A stretch of DNA of 30,518 bases from a virus (lineage: Duplodnaviria > Caudoviricetes), in IMG/VR virus record IMGVR_UViG_3300032237_000798, positions 1 through 30,518 of that record; one strand, written 5' to 3'. The first letter of the stretch is position 1, and every line of letters begins with the position of its first letter. The translations under genes and the position numbers were made by a program. The notes under the pieces are model-generated. The model worked only from the letters and a program-made list of their open reading frames with translations, did no database searches and was not told where the DNA came from. Of the stretch, positions 23,689-30,518 are shown in pieces.

Positions 23689-24502
23689 GATTTTATTTAC
23701 TGGCGGGAATGGATTTATTGGCAAACAGATAATTCCTTTACTTGAGAATGATGGTTGGGAAATCATCCGACCACGTTCTCATCAAGTGAGATTAGAAGTT
23801 ACTGAAGAAGTTGATTCTCTATTTAAGGGGCAACATTTTGCTGCAATCATTCATGGTGCCATAGTTGGTGGTAGGAGAGAAATTGAAGATTCTTCAAAGG
23901 TATTTTTGACTAATATGCATATGTTTGAAAATATTTTTAAACATATTGATAAAACTGACTTGTTTATAAACTTTGACAGTGGTGCTTCTTTGGGTAGACC
24001 ATCTGTTTCTGAAGAACCTGATGGAAATGATCTGGGGAAAATCATTCCTATGGACCCATACGGATTTTCAAAATACTGTATTGCAAAAAGAGTTTTGGAT
24101 AACTCGAAAGGTTTTAATCTTAGAATCTTTGGATGTTTTGGGCAATATGAATCTAATGATAGATTTTTTGCTAAAAATATAAAAAACTATATTGAGAAAA
24201 AGAACATTAATATAGTAAAAGATCGGAAGATGGATTTTATCTATGCAAATGATCTGTACAAAATTACAAAAAAATATCTGGACGGAGAACTAAGGCAGAA
24301 AGATATTAACTGTGTTTATGATAAAAAATATTATCTGAGTGAGTTGGCGGAGATGATTAATACCCTAGATGAATATAGGGTAAATATAACAAAGATGGGT
24401 TCATATAAAGAGTTTTCTTATTGTGGATCTGTCCCTCAACTTGATATTCAGTTTGAGGGTATTGAAAAAGGTATTAGGGACTGTTATGAGTATTTCAAAT
24501 AA
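23675..24502 (+). CDS. NAD(P)-dependent epimerase/reductase (extended SDR)
   Basis: TGGNGFIG, IIHGAIVGG, catalytic YGFSK, LRIFGCFG and MDFIYANDL. Confidence 0.85.
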   Translation: MKKGKILFTGGNGFIGKQIIPLLENDGWEIIRPRSHQVRLEVTEEVDSLFKGQHFAAIIHGAIVGGRREIEDSSKVFLTNMHMFENIFKHIDKTDLFINFDSGASLGRPSVSEEPDGNDLGKIIPMDPYGFSKYCIAKRVLDNSKGFNLRIFGCFGQYESNDRFFAKNIKNYIEKKNINIVKDRKMDFIYANDLYKITKKYLDGELRQKDINCVYDKKYYLSELAEMINTLDEYRVNITKMGSYKEFSYCGSVPQLDIQFEGIEKGIRDCYEYFK

Positions 24503-25226
24503 AACTTGTCTTATCTATCAACCAGTTGGACTTGGTGACATCTTATGGCTTCAGAAACTTGTTGATGTTGTCATTAGTGAAGGATATACTGTTTATTATC
24601 CCGTTGGTGATGTTTATTATGACTTGATCGTAAAGTATCTAAAAAAAGATAATCTTGTCTGGGTTAGAGAGTCTGATGATTTTCCACTCAAGCAGTATTA
24701 TGGAACTGTGAACATTCACCAAACTGAAAATGAACTTTATGTTCCTGCAAGTTTTGCTGATAGGTATATACCAAAGTGTTCTGTAATGGCAGCAAAATAT
24801 TATTTCCTTTCTGTTCCTATTTCTGATTATAGAAAGTCTTTTGATATTATCAGAAATAAAGAGAGAGAAAATAAGTTGATTGAAACTTATGGACTTACTA
24901 AAGATTATGTTATCGTCAATCGTGCTTTTGGTACTGATCCTGACGATTCAGACAACTTTAATGTTAAAACTGATAAAAAAGTTCACTATATGAACCTTAA
25001 TCAAGATAAGTCAAATGGATTCAATGTCTTTGATTGGATAGGAGCATTTGAAAACGCATCAGAAATCCACACTGTTGGCACATCTATTTGCTATATCATT
25101 GATAAGTATTGTCATAATAATGAAATTCATATGTATCAAAGGAGGCATCCAAATCAGGAACAGACTCACCACAATGAGATAAATCTTGTGTATAGAAACC
25201 CTAATTGGATTTATGAAAATGAATAG
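24486..25226 (+). CDS. putative glycosyltransferase-like protein (GLGD family)
   Basis: ATG at 24486; IYQPVGLGDILW and FDWIGAFENASEIHTVGTS. Confidence 0.45.
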   Translation: MSISNKTCLIYQPVGLGDILWLQKLVDVVISEGYTVYYPVGDVYYDLIVKYLKKDNLVWVRESDDFPLKQYYGTVNIHQTENELYVPASFADRYIPKCSVMAAKYYFLSVPISDYRKSFDIIRNKERENKLIETYGLTKDYVIVNRAFGTDPDDSDNFNVKTDKKVHYMNLNQDKSNGFNVFDWIGAFENASEIHTVGTSICYIIDKYCHNNEIHMYQRRHPNQEQTHHNEINLVYRNPNWIYENE

Positions 25227-25248
25227 AGTGGAAAGACCTTGTAGTTTG

Positions 25249-25257
25249 TGCTATAAT
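25249..25257 (+). promoter_or_regulatory. extended -10 promoter upstream of nadE
   Basis: TGc-TATAAT (-10 box at 25252-25257); only a weak -35 (TGGAAA) 17 nt upstream. Confidence 0.55.
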
Positions 25258-25281
25258 AGTTAAAAGATTTTTGATTAAAAT

Positions 25282-26022
25282 ATGAACCGAATTTCTGATT
25301 ATAAAAATTTAGAAAATAGAATAGTAAAGTGGTTAAGTGATTATGTCTTTGAAAATAATATTAAAGCACTTGTAGTTGGAGTTTCTGGTGGAATTGATTC
25401 TGCTGTCTCTTCAACTCTTGCTGCCAAAACAGGACTTCCTACATATGCTCTTGGAATGCCTATTCATCAAAATGAAACCCAAGAAAATTTGTCTGATGCT
25501 CATTTGGAATGGCTTAATTTCAACTTTAATAATGTTGTCGTCAATAAGTTTGATTTAACCCAAATATTTGATATATTTCAATCTTCAATGAAAGAATTTG
25601 GTGAAAACAAACTTGCTTTATCTAATAGCAGATCTCGCCTTCGCATGGTAACTCTCTATCAGGTTGCCACTTCAGTTGGTGGTATTGTCGTAGGTACAGG
25701 TAATAAAGTTGAAGATTATGGCATTGGATTTTACACTAAATATGGTGACGGTGGAGTTGATATTGCTCCTATCGCAGATCTCTATAAGACTGAAGTATGG
25801 GAACTTGGTAGACATTTTGGTGTAGATCGTCGCATTATTGATGCTCTCCCTACTGATGGACTTTGGGATGATGGAAGAACTGACGAAGATCAGATTGGTG
25901 CTTCCTATGCTGAATTAGAAGAGGCTATGGAGACTGGATCTGGTCCGGGACTTGAAGCACTTATTAAGTTCAGTCAAATGAATCAACATAAAATGAATCC
26001 TATTCCTACATTCGAACTATGA
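25282..26022 (+). CDS. nadE: NH3-dependent NAD+ synthetase
   Basis: GVSGGIDSAV, N.RSRLRM, GTGNKVED..IGFYTKYGDGGVDIAPIADLYKTEV and PTDGLW....TDEDQIG. No glutaminase domain. Confidence 0.93.
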   Translation: MNRISDYKNLENRIVKWLSDYVFENNIKALVVGVSGGIDSAVSSTLAAKTGLPTYALGMPIHQNETQENLSDAHLEWLNFNFNNVVVNKFDLTQIFDIFQSSMKEFGENKLALSNSRSRLRMVTLYQVATSVGGIVVGTGNKVEDYGIGFYTKYGDGGVDIAPIADLYKTEVWELGRHFGVDRRIIDALPTDGLWDDGRTDEDQIGASYAELEEAMETGSGPGLEALIKFSQMNQHKMNPIPTFEL

Positions 26023-27173
26023 AAATTGGTGTAATTGGTGCTGGCAGACTTGGCATTTGTTTTGCTCTTCTATGTGAAGCAGCGGGGTATGAAGTTCTTG
26101 TTTCAGATATACGAGAAGATTATGTAAATGATTTAAACGAAAGAACGATCAAGACACATGAACCAGAGGTAGAAAATCTTCTTAAAGTTGCTAAAAACTT
26201 TAGAGCAACAACAAATAATAAACAAGTTATTGATGAATGCGATTTAATTTATACTCTTGTTGCAACTCCTTCTCTTGAAGATGGATCTTATGATGTATCC
26301 GATGTTTGGAGAGTTGTGGATGATTTTCAAGATATTACCGTAAAGAAATATTTTGTTATTGGATGTACAACTAATCCTGGAGACTGTGATTTATTTAAGA
26401 AACAACTTCCTTCAAATGTAAAAGTTTTTTATAATCCAGAGTTCATTGCTCAAGGTTCGATAATTAATGATCTTCGTACTGCCGATATGGTTCTTCTTGG
26501 AGTAGATCCTTTTGCAAATAATGATAAAGTTATTTCTGATATTAGGAAATTGTATGAAAAGATTCAAACAACTCGTGCTATTGTTTGCTCCATGTCAACA
26601 ACCGCTGCAGAGATTACCAAGATTGCTATCAATTGCTTCTTGACAACTAAAATTAGTTATGCAAACATGCTTGGTGATGTTCTTCATCATGCTGGTTGTG
26701 GTGATGAAGTTAGTTCGGTTTTGAGTACAGTGGGAACTGACAGTAGAATTGGTAGAAAATATCTTGGGTATGGATTTGGATATGGTGGGCCATGTCTTCC
26801 CAGAGATAATCGATCTTTTGCTGCATTTGCTAAAAAAGTTGGATTGCAATATAATCTTGGAACAGTAACCGACGAAATAAATAATCAACATGCAAAGTTT
26901 GTGTGTGATTATTATGAAAAGATAAACTCAAATAAGAAACCCTTCTACTTCGATTCTATTACTTACAAAAAAGGAACAGATATTCTTACTGAAAGTCAAC
27001 AATATCGTCTGTGTTTAGATCTTCTTGATAGAGGTTATATTGTTTATATTCATAATGATAAAAAAGTTATTGAACAAATTTACGATTACCTGACAACTTC
27101 TTACGGAGATAGGGTCAAGTTTGTAGATAAAAAAGAAAATATTACAGAACCATACTTTGCGGTAAATTTATGA
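26019..27173 (+). CDS. ugd: UDP-glucose/GDP-mannose 6-dehydrogenase family protein
   Basis: IGAGRLG, VATPS, YNPEF, AEITK...N.FL..KISYAN, DSRIG and catalytic GYGGPCLPRD. Substrate uncertain. Confidence 0.85.
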   Translation: MKIGVIGAGRLGICFALLCEAAGYEVLVSDIREDYVNDLNERTIKTHEPEVENLLKVAKNFRATTNNKQVIDECDLIYTLVATPSLEDGSYDVSDVWRVVDDFQDITVKKYFVIGCTTNPGDCDLFKKQLPSNVKVFYNPEFIAQGSIINDLRTADMVLLGVDPFANNDKVISDIRKLYEKIQTTRAIVCSMSTTAAEITKIAINCFLTTKISYANMLGDVLHHAGCGDEVSSVLSTVGTDSRIGRKYLGYGFGYGGPCLPRDNRSFAAFAKKVGLQYNLGTVTDEINNQHAKFVCDYYEKINSNKKPFYFDSITYKKGTDILTESQQYRLCLDLLDRGYIVYIHNDKKVIEQIYDYLTTSYGDRVKFVDKKENITEPYFAVNL

Positions 27174-28039
27174 TTGGATATAATCGACTTGGTACAAATG
27201 GTCGTCTGGGAAATCAGATGTTCCAGTATGCAGCATTGAGAGGAATTGCTGCAAACAATAATTTAGATTGGTGTATTCCTTCAGAGGATACTACAACTTA
27301 TGCTAACTATGGGCTTTTTGATGCATTTAAACTTAAGAATCTTCAGAATGTTGGTCTTGTAAATGGTCCAACTCACGATGAACCTGGATTTGAGTTTGAT
27401 GAAGAACTTTTCAACAAATGTCCAGATAATGTGAATATTGATGGTTATCGCCAATCGGAAAAGTATTTTAAAAATATTGAAGAATCTATTCGTGAAGATT
27501 ATGAATTCAAAGACGAGATCTATGAAACTTGTAGTGAATTTATAAGTCAGTTTAATGATAACATTATTCTTCTTCATATTCGTAGAGGTGATAATGTAGG
27601 TCGTCCAGATTGGTATCCAATGCCGATTGTGGACCACTATGAATACCTGCTTGAAAAACATTTCACTGATAATCAACCTGTTTTGATTTGCTCTGATGAT
27701 CTTGAATGGGTTAAAGAACAAAAAATATTTGATGATGATAGATTTTATCTTTCTGAAACCAGATTATATTATCCAAAAGAAGTTTTGAACGGTGTTGGTA
27801 AAATGGAGGTATCTTTAGTACCATTTTATGATCTTTGTCTAATGTCTCTTTGTAGCGATGCAATCATTGCCAATAGTTCCCTTTCATGGTGGGGAGCATG
27901 GCTACAAAAAAATCCAAATAAAAAAATTATTACACAAAATCCTTGGTTTGGAGAAAGACTTTCCTTTAATAATACTAAAGATTTGATTCCAGAATCTTGG
28001 ATTATTGAACAAATTCCTGACAATATGATACAAAAATAA
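27170..28039 (+). CDS. GT11 alpha-1,2-fucosyltransferase-like
   Basis: GRLGNQMFQYA, GY.QSEKYF, HIRRGD and IANSSLSWWGAWL. Confidence 0.9.
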   Translation: MIGYNRLGTNGRLGNQMFQYAALRGIAANNNLDWCIPSEDTTTYANYGLFDAFKLKNLQNVGLVNGPTHDEPGFEFDEELFNKCPDNVNIDGYRQSEKYFKNIEESIREDYEFKDEIYETCSEFISQFNDNIILLHIRRGDNVGRPDWYPMPIVDHYEYLLEKHFTDNQPVLICSDDLEWVKEQKIFDDDRFYLSETRLYYPKEVLNGVGKMEVSLVPFYDLCLMSLCSDAIIANSSLSWWGAWLQKNPNKKIITQNPWFGERLSFNNTKDLIPESWIIEQIPDNMIQK

Positions 28040-28842
28040 TGGATTTAACTTTTTTAATTCCTACTCGAATTGAAACAGAAGATAGATTGCGAAATATAAT
28101 TTCTTCGGTTTCTTATCTTCTTAAACATATTCCTGCAAAGGTAATTGTCAAGGAAGTATCAAATCATCCTACTTTTCAATTTAGAGCAATTCCAGAAATT
28201 AGAAAGTATGTTGATACATCTAATCTGACTTATTTGTATGAAGAAAGTTCGGAACCTTGGTTCTGTAAAAGTAAAGTATTAAATGATTTGATAGTCGCAT
28301 CAAATACAAAAGTCGTAGCAAATTATGATGTAGATTGTATTCTGCCATTATCATCATATCATCAGGCATATGATGCAATTAATAATGATCATGCTGATGT
28401 TGTGTATCCTTATGGATGTGGAATTTATCAGTGGAGGGCAGAGTATGACTTTCAAATTTATGAAGAGTTTGTAAACACTCTGGATACATCTACTTTAGAT
28501 AAGAGAAAGTCTTTGTCTAATTCTACAATTGGATGGACACAATTTATAAACCGTCAAGTTTATATTGACTCTTTTATGATGAATGAAAACTTTATTTCAT
28601 GGGGATGTGAGGATGATGAATTTTATTATCGTATGAGTGTGCTTGGCAATCGTATTGCAAGAATTGATAATTATGTCTATCATTTAGAACATTCAAGAAC
28701 CAATAACTCTTGGTTTAGTAATCCAAATTTTAATAATAATTATCAGTTGTGGAATCAAATCAAGACATTTGACAAAAATCAATTAATACAGTATTATAAA
28801 AATCAGGATTATTTAAAAAAACGCAGACAAGAATTAGTATGA
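28039..28842 (+). CDS. GT-A glycosyltransferase (GT2 / GT7 C-terminal-like)
   Basis: YDVDC (DxD), NENF.SWGCEDDE and YHLEH. Confidence 0.75.
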   Translation: MDLTFLIPTRIETEDRLRNIISSVSYLLKHIPAKVIVKEVSNHPTFQFRAIPEIRKYVDTSNLTYLYEESSEPWFCKSKVLNDLIVASNTKVVANYDVDCILPLSSYHQAYDAINNDHADVVYPYGCGIYQWRAEYDFQIYEEFVNTLDTSTLDKRKSLSNSTIGWTQFINRQVYIDSFMMNENFISWGCEDDEFYYRMSVLGNRIARIDNYVYHLEHSRTNNSWFSNPNFNNNYQLWNQIKTFDKNQLIQYYKNQDYLKKRRQELV

Positions 28843-29663
28843 TAGGATTTAATGCTCTTGGCAGAATGGGGCGTCTGGCTAATCAGATGTTTCAGTATGC
28901 ATCTCTTAAAGGTATTGCCAGAAATGTAGGTGCAGATATTATTATTCCTTATTATAAAGATGCAGTAGATGATGGAATGGGTAATAAACTACGATCTGAA
29001 TTGTTCGATAGTTTTAATCTCAATGTAAATACTGGTTTACTTAATAATGGGAATGCTCCCGTAGTTCAAGAAAGATTTTTTCATTTTGATGAGGAACTTT
29101 TTAAACTCTGCCCAGACCATGTATCTCTTCAGGGATATTTTCAATCTGAAAAATATTTCAAACATATTGAAAATGAAATTCGTGAAGATTTTATCTTCAA
29201 AGATGAAATTTTAAATCCATGTAAGGAGATGATTTCTTCGGTTGAAAATCCAATTGCACTTCATATTCGTCGCACAGATTATCTTACCAATAGTGAAAAT
29301 CATTTTAACTTATCTCTTGAATATTATGAGGATGCTCTAAAATATTTTGATGATGATCGTAATGTAGTTGTTTTTTCTGATGACCCAGCATGGTGCAATG
29401 ATCAAACATTGTTTTCTGCTGATCGCTTTATGATTTCTGAGAATACTGATAATAGAGTTGATCTATGTTTAATGTCTCTTTGTAATGACTTTATTATTGC
29501 TAACTCATCATATTCTTGGTGGGGAGCATGGTTGTCAACTAATAAAGATAAAAAAGTAATCACTCCCATCCAGTGGTTTGGCAAAACTGGATATACTAAA
29601 AATCACGATACTAAAGATTTAATTCCCAATGAATGGACAAGAATTGGTGATGGACAAAAATAA
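28839..29663 (+). CDS. GT11 alpha-1,2-fucosyltransferase-like (second paralog)
   Basis: GRLANQMFQYA, GYFQSEKYF, HIRRTDY and IANSSYSWWGAWL. Confidence 0.9.
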   Translation: MIGFNALGRMGRLANQMFQYASLKGIARNVGADIIIPYYKDAVDDGMGNKLRSELFDSFNLNVNTGLLNNGNAPVVQERFFHFDEELFKLCPDHVSLQGYFQSEKYFKHIENEIREDFIFKDEILNPCKEMISSVENPIALHIRRTDYLTNSENHFNLSLEYYEDALKYFDDDRNVVVFSDDPAWCNDQTLFSADRFMISENTDNRVDLCLMSLCNDFIIANSSYSWWGAWLSTNKDKKVITPIQWFGKTGYTKNHDTKDLIPNEWTRIGDGQK

Positions 29664-30447
29664 ATCCATTTATAAGTTAGCAAATATCCCCCATATTTAC
29701 TGGTTGAATCTTGATTCTGATACTAACAGGCGCCAGTATATGGAACAGCAGTTTGAGTATTGGGACATTAAAAACCATACAAGAATTTCTGGTTATGATG
29801 GAAGAATTGATGATGTTTCTTCACACCTTAAAGGAATAATTCCTGACAATGTAACTCAAAATGAACTTGGATGCTGCATGTCACATCTCAAAGCAATTAA
29901 ACATTTTTATGAAAAAACTCAAGATGAATATTGTTTAATTCTTGAGGATGATGTAAGTCTTGATCTTGTAAAATATTGGAACTTTACTTGGAATGATTTC
30001 TTTGCTCACACACCTCATGATTGGGATTGTTTGCAATTAACTACAATCTGCACAGGTGATATTCATGTTAAACTTCATATTCGTTTTATTAATGATTTTT
30101 CTGCAGCAATTTATTTGATTACTCGTCATCATGCTGCAAAAATTATAAAAAATCATGTGCGAGGAGAAAAATATAAACTTGATAATGGAGTAAAACCAAG
30201 AGCAGTTTCTGAAGATGTTATTTTAGAATCTGGAAAAACTTATACTATTCCGTTGTTTCTTTATAATTTGAATATGGAATCTACTATTCACCCAGATCAT
30301 ATTTCAATATTTCACAAATCTCCTCATGATGCATTGTTAAATTTTTGGCAACAAAATGGAGCTAATATTGACATTAAAGATTATATGAATTATGATCCAT
30401 ATCTTGGTCGGATAACCGAAAATTCTGCAGCACAGCAAAATGCTTGA
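29650..30447 (+). CDS. GT25-family glycosyltransferase
   Basis: IYWLNL....RR..M, ELGCCMSH, LILEDDV and YLIT...A. ATG at 29650 preferred. Confidence 0.85.
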   Translation: MDKNKSIYKLANIPHIYWLNLDSDTNRRQYMEQQFEYWDIKNHTRISGYDGRIDDVSSHLKGIIPDNVTQNELGCCMSHLKAIKHFYEKTQDEYCLILEDDVSLDLVKYWNFTWNDFFAHTPHDWDCLQLTTICTGDIHVKLHIRFINDFSAAIYLITRHHAAKIIKNHVRGEKYKLDNGVKPRAVSEDVILESGKTYTIPLFLYNLNMESTIHPDHISIFHKSPHDALLNFWQQNGANIDIKDYMNYDPYLGRITENSAAQQNA

Positions 30448-30472
30448 CACCTCTTTATATTTGCTATATAAT
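30444..30472 (+). promoter_or_regulatory. sigma70-type promoter
   Basis: TTGACA (30444-30449), 17 nt spacer, TATAAT (30467-30472). Confidence 0.85.
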
Positions 30473-30501
30473 TGTGTAATGTTTCTTAACAAAACAAAAA
30501 A

Positions 30502-30518
30502 ATGACTGTAACGACTAA
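30502..30518 (+). CDS. start of the next gene (MTVTT...), possibly high-light-inducible-like (partial)
   Basis: Only five full codons are visible. MTVTT resembles the N-terminus of cyanophage hli-like proteins. Confidence 0.3.

Noticed and set aside
671-29584. Numerous minus-strand and nested alternative-frame ORFs in the track
   Set aside because: Nearly all lie over well-supported + strand genes or RNA elements and show no recognisable motifs.
9979-30447. Bacterial O-antigen locus or host contamination
   Set aside because: Contiguous with T4-like genes, same compact organisation and promoter style, and no wzx/wzy/wzm; a chimeric assembly cannot be fully excluded without reads.

Overview
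AT-rich segment, coding almost entirely on the + strand, that reads as part of a T4-like cyanomyovirus (Kyanoviridae-like) genome. The taxonomic call is inferred from gene content, gene order and promoter types. (1) 1-6354 is a replication and nucleotide block: gp61 primase, class Ia nrdA/nrdB, a denA-like GIY-YIG nuclease and small ORFs. (2) 6363-9955 is rich in RNA elements: a lysozyme-like gene with a structured leader, eight tRNA genes (one a non-canonical UAU tRNA), a tRNA-like cloverleaf with its own promoter, Dps, an orphan Phd/YefM-like ORF, and a four-unit UGGU-containing structured RNA whose 3' half resembles the wcaG motif. Near-consensus sigma70 promoters recur, and two are embedded in terminator hairpins. 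(3) 9979-30447 is a ~20.5 kb cluster of 22 genes for nucleotide-sugar and glycan synthesis, with no export or polymerase gene in the window. Its most novel-looking part is a tightly coupled module: RfbH/E1 3-dehydratase, YerE-like ThDP enzyme, PanB-like hydroxymethyltransferase and an SDR. This suggests a phage-encoded pathway to a C4-branched 3,6-dideoxy sugar with an unusual side chain. All functional calls come from motif recognition by eye; no searches were run.
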